Shown here in pieces: positions 36,349 to 47,410 of a stretch of 64,000 nt of DNA. Position 1 is the stretch's first letter. The number at the start of each line of letters is the position of its first letter. Location of the stretch: contig CM052818.1 of assembly GCA_028534125.1 (NCBI GenBank), forward strand, positions 24,988,001 through 25,052,000, in the 5' to 3' direction. The position numbers and the translations under genes were made by a program. Under the pieces are notes generated by a model that worked only from the letters and a program-made list of their open reading frames with translations, made no database searches and was not told the DNA's origin. This stretch comes from Lama glama (Eukaryota).

Positions 36349-38765
36349 AAAATTGGACTATAAGTGGTTGCAAACAACAGATTTCAAGGACCTGGAACCT
36401 TAGATTGACTATCTGATCGATTTGGGGTTGAAGTGATTAAGTATTTGGGTATCAATTAAATGACAAGACACTAGTAATCCATGTATGTGAGGTGGTAAAC
36501 AGCAACCTAAGTGATTCCCTTTTGACATTTGGAATAAAGTGTCTACTGAAGCCAAAGTTCTGGGTTCCCTTTTGACTGCTTTCCCACTTACACCATTATG
36601 TGGGGCTAAGGAATAAAAGAAATGGGGGTTGGGATGGCTGCCTCTATAAGCATCCATGAGCTTTTAAAAACGAAGACAAGGTAAAGAATTTAAATTCTCA
36701 CCCCAAGGTCTTGTTAGAGAAATAGGGAGCTTCTAGGACTCCTCTAGGAGAACTTTCTCTCTTATAGTCACATGGCTGTCGTAGCCAAATGCAAAGCAAA
36801 TGCAGAGTCAGATCTGGCCAGTTACTGAATTTCAATGTAGGTTGAATTTATGTCCTCATTAGATAGCTTATATGAAAGTCAGGGTATTATCTGGGAAAGA
36901 GGGGGGCCACAAGAGTTGGAATGAGGGCATTTGAGAGGATCTAGGTGATTCTGAGTACCCTCAAAGCCACTGCACCTCTCTTACCAAAAGAGGCAGGCCC
37001 TCCTCCCCTTTCTGAAGATGCTCATCTGGTCCTGCTTGAAGACCTTATATTGACCTCATCTGAGACAGTTATCTCATACAGGAATTCCAGTTCTCGTGCC
37101 TTACACCTGTGACCCTTCACTCCCTCCAGACGTGTAACTAGTTCCAGACCCAGCATGCCCAGAGGAGCCAATTAAAAAAGTCAAACCGGGAAGGAAGAGA
37201 TCCACATGCCAAAAGAATTGCAAGATTTTGCTAAAACTAATATTTGCAAAAGCCTGGAGACTATATTGGGTATTTTACCAGGAACATAATTTTATGGGTC
37301 AAATTATTAGCATGGGTACTAACCAGAGAGTCTGGATTCATTCAACTTAGCTGGTGCCAACTATTAACTTGGTTAGTTGACTGAAACCTAGATTCCACTG
37401 TGGCCTATCGCTGAAGGAAGTAGAAAGGCTACTTCCAGAAGCTTAGGGAGTCAAGAATGTTGGAATGGATTTGTCATATGCAACATATAGAATATACCAA
37501 AACGAAGCCGAGAGAACACTCCCTTTCCTAAGGCATTAAGGAAAACATTGATAAAGAGAGAACCAGGATCTGTGAAGAGTGCTCTGCTGAATTTCTACTG
37601 TCCTCTGGGGATAAAGGTGGTAAATATTGCTACTGAAATGAGTTCCCTGATTTCAGCAGGGTTGATGGATGCCCAGAGGGGTAGACACTCAGTAGTAGGA
37701 TTTAACTGCCAGAAACAGTAGATGTGGTTATTATAATAGCAGAATGTTTTGACTTGCAGGAGTCTTTTGGTGGCAGCTAACTGATCATGATGTTTCTAAA
37801 ACCGAGCTAGATGGGCAGCCTAAGAGGGAGATACTTGACCAGTAAAACTGAAAAAATTCTAAGCTTGGCAAACCTAGACTTAAACCATCATATTTGACTA
37901 AATCATCACCAGAGAATCACCTAGCCTCCAATATCCAGACTCTCAATTCAGTGAGTGAAAAGGAGAAACCTTGGGGAAGAACACTGTAAGAACCTATAAA
38001 CATCTTCCTCTACCCTTTCACCAAAAGCACCTGCATACAGTTACCAAGGTAACTGTGTACTAGAGGAAGGGAGATACCTGTCCCTCTCACAAGTTACCAA
38101 CACGGCTTTGGGTTGGTGCTAACCCCTAGGAACCCAGAATGTTCTGTTCCCCCACACACACACCCAGAGGAGACCCTTATACATGGGAACCAGTGAAAGA
38201 TGGAGTTGGAGTCCCAGTCCACCTCACAGTGGGAACAAAGTTTCCATTAATCCAACCTCTGGTTATTTGCCCCAGTGCCTCAGTTACAGTCTGAATGGAT
38301 AAATCCAGTAAATGGCAGAATCCTCAAACTGCCTTCTTGACCCAAAGTAAGCACTAGTGGGACCATACCTTTCTAACAAAACAGCAAACCAAAAGCAATG
38401 CTATATTTGTAAGAGAACTCTGGAAATTAGCATCATCAGTAAAGAAAACTAAAGGAGTGGTGATTTCTATTATGTCCTCATTTAGCTCACCTGACTCACA
38501 TGTGCAGTGAATAGATGGATCTTAGAGCATGACAATGAATAACCAGAATCTTCATCAGTAACGTCAGTTGCTGCTACTCTTTGTAAAGTTGTCAGTACTG
38601 GAGCAAAATGACACAGCTCTGGCCATCTAGTATGCCATTATACCTACAAATGCTTTTTTCTCTATTATCATGAGCCTGAAATACCAGAAGCAATTTTTTT
38701 GCACCCACAGGCACAGCACTTTCTTGTCCTGCCTCTGAGTGACACCAATTCTCAATGCTTCCTCT
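36349..38765 (+). mobile_element. ERVL internal region fossil (gag, protease, 5' RT), 3'-truncated, many stops
   Basis: 36842-36940 reads LNLCPH*IAYMKVRVLSGKEGGHKSWNEGI*ED (ERVL Gag VKVRALIGKEWDPETW motif); ~38049 VTVY*RKGD (VTVHWGKG); 38454-38558 GVVISIMSSFSSPDSHVQ*IDGS*SMTMNNQNLHQ (RT GVVIPTTSPFNSPIWPVQKTDGSWRMTVDYRKLNQ); NAFFSI at ~38650. Confidence 0.92.
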
Positions 38766-40200
38766 ACTTGTGAGAAAAGGGAACTTCTACCTTGTGTAAG
38801 TGTTATTATTTCAGGTCTCCTGCACTCACAGCTAAACAAAATTCCTAACAGAAATTGGACCATGTCAAAATGCATACCGTAGTTAATGGATGTGGAAAGA
38901 GGGATTTGGAGATATTTGGGCCTTTCCTTTTTAATAAATGCCCAAGAATGAGAATTTAGAGTCAGATTATTTTTCTCCAAGGTAACTAGAAAGACTATCT
39001 TAATTGTAACAGTCCACATGCAGTCAATTTAGTAGATCAATCAAACATTCTAAGTTTGTTTGTTTTTTTAAATCCATCAAAGTGGTGGTTAGGCTGCACT
39101 GACTTGTTCCATGGAACTAAGTCAATTCTAACCAAGCCATGAATAGATTCAGTCTGTGAGTCTCAACTGCTTTTGATTAACAAAATGTCCTCATATCCAT
39201 CATATAATAATAATTTAAAAAAAATTTTTTTAATGTAGACATAGCCACAGACCCATTCCTTTTCCCTTGGTTCTGGAACCAAAACAGAATTTGCTAGTTT
39301 GACTGAAAGCTTAATCTCTCTAAACCTCGGTAGTGAAAGAATAATAACACTACACTCACTATAAATCAGTGGAGGAGTTATAAAGATGAATGAGGCCACA
39401 CTGGGCCAATTTCCTGTTTTATGTAAATCTAAAACACAGAGTCACACAGGATTAGGACCATAGGCGCTGTTTTTCAGATTCCCAGAAGAAAGTCACTTTA
39501 TCAACATAAACTTGGCATGACTTTGAAACATACCAGCATCCATCTTACTGGCCCATTGACTTGCTGTAGTAAGTTGTGGTATTTTCCTTATTATGTTATG
39601 CCCAGAGCCACAGAAAGATTAATGTTACAAGTTAAGCAAATAGTGTGATATTTACAGCTTAGTCTGTTGGTGAATATTAAAGCTCTTTCCGGTCCAGGTT
39701 CCTAAGGACCACAGGAGAAAGTCGCACACGCGCCATGGAGACAGTCAGGGCTGTTCCAAAATGTTTAGTCCACAGATTAACATCCATCTTCAAAAGGAGG
39801 AACGACAAAGAAAAGTTACCATAGGTCATTAGGAGCAGGGGTGCAGAGTGGTGAATCGATTTACAAAATCTACTGTTTGTGAATAAGAAGGAAGATCTGC
39901 ACCCAGTTCTGGGTCAGAGACAAGCATTGATTTTATAGATGAGAAAGCAGTGGTGAAATATCACTTCCAAAGGGATCTACTGGTTTCTGAATTCTCAAAA
40001 TATCACCTCAATCAAGGAGTCTTGTTGAGAATGTCAGCTACATGCTAGAGGATATAAGAGCCACTGAGGCCCTTGAGAAGCTTTATTTCTGTGACTTTGG
40101 GGAAGGAGGGAGTGAATCCTAGGTCATGCTCTAACGTGAGTACACGGGCCCCTTTTTCAGAGCTGGTAGCACAATGAATGCATACACTCTAGGTTATCTG

Positions 40201-40802
40201 TGAAGAGTAGCAGAATATGCCACCCAGAAATATGTCACTTTGACACTCTGATTATTTTGAGCTAAGGACCACTGAAAAGAAGCAGACATAAAAAATTCTT
40301 TGCCCTTCCCCTATTTGCCTAAAAGCAGGATATAAATTTGCAAAGTTGTTCCCGCTCCTTCCAGGAAAAACAGAAGTTAACCATTGGAGGCAGCCCTAGA
40401 CCCTTATCAGCCTAGAGACAGCACCAGCGGAATCTACATAACACACACTACTAACTAGCCCTTATCTTCTCCTAGTCTCCCGATATATTTACCTTCCCCA
40501 ATGTGCCCCTGCTAAAAACTCAAAGTCCCTTTCCTTTGTCTTGTCACTTCTCTAAAAATGTGTTGTTCTTTTGTTAAGATGCAATATAAGCCCAAGTTCT
40601 AACCACCTCTCTGAGTTACCCTTCTCTGAGGGCTCCCATGTGTATGCACAATTTATCTGATAGTTGTGTGCATGATGCACATGTTAATAAAATTCTGCTT
40701 GTTTTCTCTTGTTAATCTGTCTTTTGTCAGTCTAATTTGCAAAGCCCCAGCTGGAGAACCTAGGAGGGCAGGAAGAAAAAGAATTTTGTTCCTCCTCTCT
40801 AC
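40201..40802 (+). mobile_element. ERV1 solo LTR (MER34-like)
   Basis: tgaagagtagcagaatatgccacccagaaatatgtcactttg...gattattttgagct...; poly(A) signal aataaa then tgcttgttttctcttgttaatctgtcttttgtcagt...ttcctcctctctac. Confidence 0.9.
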
Positions 40803-41239
40803 CTAGATCAGGTCACCAAGAAGTCAGCTGTCACACATATTCTGAAAATGGATCAGAAACTGGACTCTGATGGAAGAGACATACCGGGGAAGACAAGGAG
40901 TCCTCGGTGAACTCTACAATCCAGTAGAGGAGACAAACATACAAGCCAGTCATTTACATTTATGAGTTTGTCTCCACCTACCCCTCATCCCTCAATGGCA
41001 CACACACATACACACGTAGAAAATGCTGTCTTTCTCTGCCCAGTGGTCCTTCCCTCACCATTGGAGAGGTATGCAGCTTTCCCAGATAGTTCCAGAACTC
41101 TGGGGATGCAGTCTTGGAGGAAGAAAAGATAAAGACTTAAGGAGGGGATCTGCCTATGAAGAGAGATCGGACAGATGTGCCAATAAGTAGAGGCAGGGAG
41201 AAGAGCAGGGGAGAGGGAGAAGAGAGATGGAGAAGGGGC

Positions 41240-41772
41240 AGTATGAGAGATGGTGACCAGAGCCTGGGGAGAGAAGGAATGGGAAGTTGTTATTTAATGG
41301 GTATAGAGTTTCAGTTTTGCAAAATGAAAAGAGTTCTGGAAGTTGATAGTGCAATGATGTGAATATACTTACTGCTACTGAACTGTACACTTAAAAATGT
41401 TTAAGATGGTAGATTTTATGTTATGTGTGCAGTTGACCCTTGGTGTCCATGGATTCTACATCTGCAGATTCAACCAATAGTGGGTTGAAAACACTTGGGA
41501 AAAAAAATTTCCAGAAAGTTCCAAAGAGCAAAACTTGAATTTGCCACTCACCAGCAACTATTTACATAGCGTTTACATTACATTCTATTAGGTTTTATAA
41601 GTAACCCAGAGAAGATTTAAACTATATTGGAGGATACAGGTAGGTTACATGCAATAACCATGCCATTTTATGCAAGGGACTTGAGCATCTGTGGATTTTG
41701 GTATCACTGGGGTTCCTGGAACCAATCCACCTCAGATCCTGAGGGACAACTGTATTTTACCACAGTCAAAAG
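41240..41772 (+). mobile_element. L1MA/MB 3' end split by MER2B
   Basis: ccagagcctgggg...gaatgggaagttgttatttaatgggtatagagtttcagttttgcaaaatgaaaagagttctgga...ctactgaactgtacacttaaaaatg; resumes tattttaccaca after MER2B. Confidence 0.9.
41430..41752 (-). mobile_element. MER2B (Tigger-family DNA transposon)
   Basis: TIRs cagttgaccct / agggacaactg; internal aaagttccaaagagcaaaacttgaatttgcc...agggacttgagcatctgtggattttggtatc...ctggaaccaatcc; TA target on the right. Confidence 0.92.
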
Positions 41773-41774
41773 TT

Positions 41775-42220
41775 TGTAAATGCAGATTCTGATTCTGAGA
41801 TCCGGAGTGGGGCTAGAGATTATACGTTCGGGGGATCTCTTTAAAATTCCAAAGCTCAGGCTACACCCCAGACTCATTCAATCACAACCTCTGTAGGGGT
41901 ATCCCAGGAATAGGCAGGTTTTGAAGTTCCCCAGGTGATTCCAACTTGCAGACATGTTTGGGAACCACTGTTCCCCACTGAATTGGTTTTCATGAGAGAA
42001 TCCATCTCACTCTCTCTCTCTCTCTGATTGGACAGCCCAGAACAAGGCTTTCTCAATCCAGGCTGCACTTCAGAAGCATCTGAGGAGTCTTTAAAGATAA
42101 CCCGTACTCTGGTGTCACCATTTCCTCCGTCCCAAGTGATCCTATTTAACTGGTCTGGAGGAAGGCTCAGGCAGGGGTAGTTTTTAAAGCTCTTCTGCTG
42201 ACTTCAGTTGAAAACTAGCT
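41775..42220. mobile_element. Cluster of MER5-type fragments
   Basis: aaatgcagattctgattc; aagctcaggctacaccccagac...ccccaggtgattcc...tttgggaaccactg; tttctcaatccaggctgcac...agaagcatctgagg. Confidence 0.75.
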
Positions 42221-42631
42221 GAGATGTTTCCCCATTAACCATGGGCTTGTGCTTACCCTGCCTCTCTGCTCTCTGATCCAGCCCACCTGCTCAGACTCTG
42301 CCCTTTGCCTGTCCTGTGTATTCCATACTCTGACCCTGGTTTGATTATCCAAATATTAAAGTGTGGCTGACGATGAAGGGAGCCCAGAACCAGCTAATCG
42401 AGTAAATCTGGCAGGCACTAAATGCTATCAGAAATCACGGATTTCCTCTTTCTGTGCCAATTAGCTTTGTGCCCAGAAAATTTTGATTTGTGGCCACAAA
42501 CCATGCAGTTTAGCCTCACAAATGCATGTCATCCATTACAAGGGAAGTCAGAAAAAAGGTTTTCGGTTCACACAACTTGGGGGTTTTTGGTTCCTACTAT
42601 GGAGGAGTGGGGGCTGGGCAAGAGATCTGGA

Positions 42632-43226
42632 GAATATATATGTGTCAACTTGTCTGGGCCACAGGGTGCTCAGATATTTGTTAAAACATTATTTCTCTTA
42701 CACCAGAAATTGACACAACATTGTAAACTGACTATACAAAAAATTTTTTTAATTTAAGAAAAAAGGCACTTAGTATTTGAAAACTTAAAAAAAAAAAACT
42801 ATTTCTGGGTATGTCTATGAGGATGTTTCCAGATGAGATTAATGTCTGAATCTGTAGATGAGTAACACAGATTGCCCTCCCCAATGTGGGTGCACCTCAT
42901 CTAATCCACTGAAGCCCTGAATAGAATAAAAGGCTAAGAACAAATTTTCTCTCTCTGCCTGAGTCTTTGAACTGGCACACTGATCTCCTGCCTTCAGACT
43001 CAGACTTGGCCTGGAACTTACGCCATCAGCTCTTTTGCTTCTCAGGGCCTTCCGCCTTGGATTTGAACTATACTAATCCGGGCTCTCCTGGGTCTAGACT
43101 CCTCTGCCTCCAAAATTGTGTCAGCCAAGTCTATACATACAAATACACGCAATATATATGATAATACATATATGATGTATGTATGTGCATCTAATTGATT
43201 CTGCTTCTCTGAATAACTCTGATACA
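42632..43226 (+). mobile_element. ERVL solo LTR MLT2, interrupted by a short L1 insertion
   Basis: tatgtgtcaacttgtctgggccacagggtgctcagatatttg...ttccagatgagattaa...gattgccctccccaatgtgggt...ctaattgattctgcttctctgaataactctgataca. Confidence 0.9.
42697..42798 (+). mobile_element. ~100-bp 5'-truncated young L1 3' tip with extra sequence and poly(A)
   Basis: tacaccagaaattgacacaacattgtaaactgactatac matches the 3' tips of the L1s at ~17085-17125 and ~62360-62405; TSD aaaacattatttct (42683-42696) / aaaactatttct (42795-42806) at a TT/AAAA site. Confidence 0.88.
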
Positions 43227-45164
43227 GTGTGGCCTCGTAGTATTTCATTCATTCATTCATTCATTCATCACTTAAAAATATACATTTTTTTGAGAGCCTA
43301 TGTGCTGGAAACAGTTCAAGGTGCTTGAATAAAATCAGCTATCATTCCCCCAGCTGTGGAAGCCACCCTTTTCCAGATTAGTAGAAAACTTTAAATACTT
43401 GGATCTTATATGCAAGACACAGATTCCATACAGATTAGTATCAGTGGTTGTTAGCAGAACTTCAGCAAATCGGGAGTTATATTAATTCCCTGCCTCCCAT
43501 CACTGATGTTAGACCCAGAGGTTTATGCGACCTCTGGGGCAGAGTGTCAGGCAGGGCTAAGGAGAAAACATACTTCATAAACATTGATTAATTCTTGTTA
43601 CACCTTGCTAATGTAATCTGTGTTGCAGATGAGAATTAGCATAATATTATCCATAATGCCAGTAAAAATGGCCTGAGCTGCAGTGCTGTTTGTGGTTTTG
43701 GTTTTGTTCTTCAGGAAGTTGCTTTAGGAAGGGCATAGCAAGACCTTGTATTTTCTTGCCAGAGTTATAAGGGAGAACAACTTCTTTGCCCTTTTCTTTT
43801 TCCAATAATAAATCATGAGTAATAAGCTACATCACTGCATCGTGTATGACTGCCTCTGGCCAAAGGACATTTAACAAAATTCAGATAAGTCGTAGGGTTT
43901 TTTGGTTTTTTTTTTTTTTTGTCTTTTTTAAGTTCTCTTTGACCTTTTAGATCAAAACTGTAACTAACAGCAATGTTTGGGCCAATTCCATTTATGGTAT
44001 GCTATTTGTAAAGAACTTTAGCTGTGGCCTTTCTAGAAATAGGCGCTTATACACACCTACACATAAGTACAATTCTTCCTTTTCTGTTGATTACGTGTGG
44101 GCCTCTCTCATCTGCTGCATTTTACTATAAATCTCTCACAGGCAGAGGCCTTGCCTGTTCAATAGGATATATTTCATGCCTGCTGAGCTGTTGGACTTTT
44201 ATGGCTCTTTGAATATTGTTCACTCAACCTCCTTTAACATTGAGAAGTTCAGACCATGGAAGAGACACTGGCTACTGATTCTCTCCAGTCGGCCTCTAAT
44301 GCAGAGGGGCCAATGGCACTTGCCGGGTCCTGAGGAAACTCCTGCTGAGTGGGTAGGTGGGATGCTTGAGTCTGCAGGCTTCAGCTTGGTCTGAATCTCT
44401 CCTCTGAATGCGGCTCACTCTCTAGGACTCACCAGCCCCTCCTCTGCTGCAAGATCTCCCACGCGCTGATGTCAGCTTGAGCACCCTGGCCTGAGTCTTC
44501 ATCTTACTTCTCTGGAACCCCCGTGCCCCCAGACCTCTGTCCTAAAAAAAAAAAAAAAAAAAAAAAAGTTTCCTAACTAGGATATTAGCTCTCAGGTTCA
44601 CTCAAAAGTAAATGAGACCCTGGGCCAAAAGACTTAATTAAGCTTGTAATTCTTCTAGTGGTAAGACCAAGAGGTGAAGTTGTGGTTTTGATTTTTCCCT
44701 GCATGTAGAAACAGAAATATGCAGAAACCTGTGCTCCTGACTGACTCCCATCCTTTGGGAAACCATTCTCCCTCTGAGATACACTGGCACTGACTATGAA
44801 TACCCTTTACTAATCCCATTTTCATTTTTCCCTGATCTTAGATATTTCCATCTTTGCTATTGAATCTCTCCAGGTTAATTATAGAGAGAGGTGGTGACTT
44901 TTTTCTTAAGTGCTTAACCCAAGGGTGGTTCAAATTCTAAACTTGCTAAAGACTTGAGATTAGGATGCATGAATTGCATCCCAAGAAAAGTTCAAGGTAA
45001 CTTTATTTTGTGCAACTGGTATTTTTGTGTTTTCCCACATTAGACTATCTCCATTCTTTTTCTCTGAATATAAAAATACTTGTTCATTATAAAAAAAAAA
45101 TTCAGGCAGTATAGGAATGTATACCTAAAGAACTAAAGATTATCCCAGTAACTTCTGTGAATTT

Positions 45165-45670
45165 TTAAAAATTGAGATGTAGTTCACACACCATAAAATT
45201 TATCCTTTACAAGTGACTCATTAAGAGGTTTTTAGTATAGTCACAAGATTGAGCAGTCATCACCATTTTCTAGTTCCAGAACATTTTTATCATGCCAAAG
45301 AAATCCCTGTACCTATTAGCAGTTACTTCCTACCCCTGTCCCCTAGTCCCTTGCAACCTCTAACCTACTTTATCTCTATGAATTTCCCTAATCTGGACAT
45401 TGCATTTAAAGGAGATCATACAATCTGTGATCTTTTGTGACTGGATTCTTTCACTTAGCATACTGTTTTCAAGGTTCATCCATGTTGCAGCAGGAAACAG
45501 TACTTCATTCTATTTTATGCTTGCACTACATTCCATTGTGTGGATAGACTACATTTTCTTTAACCATTCATCATTCATTGGTGAGTATTTGGGTTGTTTT
45601 CCACTTTGGGGCCATTATGAACAATGCTGCTATGGACATTCATGTACAAGATATGTTTTCAATTCTTCTG
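45165..45670 (-). mobile_element. L1MB-type 3' end
   Basis: aattgagatgtagttcacacaccataaaatt...ttccagaacatttttatca...cctgtacctattagcagt...tttcacttagcatactgttttcaaggttcatccatgttg...tgaacaatgctgctatggacattcatgtacaag. Confidence 0.92.
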
Positions 45671-45739
45671 GTCTAGGACTGTTTTACTGAATAATGTTTC
45701 AGACTTTTTTGTTGCATATTTATGTTTACAGATAAATAT

Positions 45740-46155
45740 GTCGTGGTCTATTATTGTTCCCAGCTACTCCCGTTTCCTGTAGGAGAATTAATTCCTGTAG
45801 CAAATTAATCAGTTGCTAAATGACTCGCAGTGCCTTCCGAGGGAAGATTATGTATCCCCACCCCATGTTCATGCCCAACACGTCGCTTGCCTTGGCCAGG
45901 GGTCTGCGAGTGCGTGTAATACACTTCGTGACTGAGCAGAAGTTTTCGAGCAGTTGCATGTTTCTGTGAGCTGTCCTGCTCTTTCCCTGTGCTGTGCATA
46001 GGAGACTGCTGCTTCAGCGTGGGTCCCAGAATAAGACCCAAGAAGCTGATATGCAGCTGACTATAGCCATTAACAATATGAAAGAGGAATAAATTACTAT
46101 TATGAGCCACTGAGATTTTGGGATCATGGTTTCTGTAGTAAAGCTGACCAAAGCA
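45740..46155 (+). mobile_element. MaLR solo LTR (MLT1I/J-like)
   Basis: ttgccttggcca...tgagcagaagtttt...ctgctgcttcagcgtgggtcccagaataag...gaataaattactattatgagccactgagattttggg. Confidence 0.8.
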
Positions 46156-46224
46156 TAAATAAATCACTTATTGTCTGCTTTTCTCACCTACTGATAATAG
46201 TGTAGACATTTTTATAGATGTAAA

Positions 46225-46350
46225 TTTGTAACAGTGGTGTTACAGAAACTGAGGTCCAAAAAGACTAAGTGACTTGTTCCAGTGACAAAATTACTAAGAG
46301 AGACAAAGTCAATTTTATATCCCTGTTCTGATTTGCAATCCCATTTTCTA
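46225..46350 (-). mobile_element. MIR fragment
   Basis: gaaactgaggtccaaaaagactaagtgacttgttcca. Confidence 0.7.
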
Positions 46351-47244
46351 ATTAAAGCAAAGGAGAGGGTAATCTGGGACGTTCTGGTGAGGTTACAGGG
46401 CTTTTACAAAGATCCTCATGCAACTGCATGATTGTTAGACTGAAAATTCCAAACTCACTCATGCTGTACTAATTAATAAGTTAATACTAATTGGGAAATT
46501 GTAAAAAGCTAAAATGTGTGTGTTGGGATTTTTGCAAAAAGGTTTCTTTTTTAAAGGGGAGAGTCTATTATAAGAGTTAATCCTAATTCTTTATCTCTGC
46601 AGCCTCCAGGTCTGGGATCAATACTGACAAATAAGTAGTTCTCTGCTCTCAACACACTGCGTGCCTCACCAAACTGCCATTCCGTTTTGCATGATTTAAC
46701 ACAATTGCCTGCCTTTGCTCCTGAGGCTGGCCGCTTAGCCTGCAAGGGACCACGAATGGAGGGAAATCTTGGCCAGCATCTGTCCACACTCCGTCTGCTT
46801 TAAGGTAGTATTTCCATCTTTTTTTTTTAAATCTTAAACTCATAAATAACTAACAGTTTTGCATAACTAATTTTCAGGAAGAAAGGATTTTGGTAAACCG
46901 CCAAATAACAGCCAATAGCTTACAAATCATCTGGTTAGAACACACAAGCTTTAGTCTTAATACCACTTTTAAGTGATAAAATGGCCACTGGTGGTCTTCA
47001 GAAACCTAGACCCAATACGAGAAGAGTTTTCCTTTCTTATACTGACTAGGCAAAACTCCATTAAAAATCATTGATTTCAATGCTCTAATAGAAGTGAGAC
47101 TAGTTAAGTAAGAAGTTTCTTTTATCAATTTCTTCTTTTTCTCTGATCTATTGGCACTTATACACATAAATATACAGCATGTAAGCAAAATGCTACAAGT
47201 TGTTAACCTTTTATACCAAATCTATTTTATATTTATTATGGCAT

Positions 47245-47410
47245 AGGCCTTTTGAGATGATCTTAGTCTGATTACCTCAATTTACAAGCAAGAAAAGTAA
47301 TATCCTCAGAGCTCAAAGGGCATTTCCTAGGTCGTGAAGCAGGGATAGAGCTGGGACCAGAACCCCACCTCCTAAACCTTAGTCCAATGCTCTCTCCTCA
47401 CTCCATGCCA
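47245..47410 (-). mobile_element. MIR fragment
   Basis: gagatgatcttagtc...caatttacaagcaagaaaa...cctaggtc...agagctgggaccagaacccc...agtccaatgctct. Confidence 0.7.

Noticed and set aside
36349..38765. Domesticated ERVL gag/pol gene (Fv1-like)
   Set aside because: Stops inside conserved motifs, and no sense-strand ORF of 60 aa or more in the track across the region.
44544..44567. Orphan poly(A) run as a retrocopy tail
   Set aside because: No TSD, no upstream poly(A) signal and no recognisable mRNA body.
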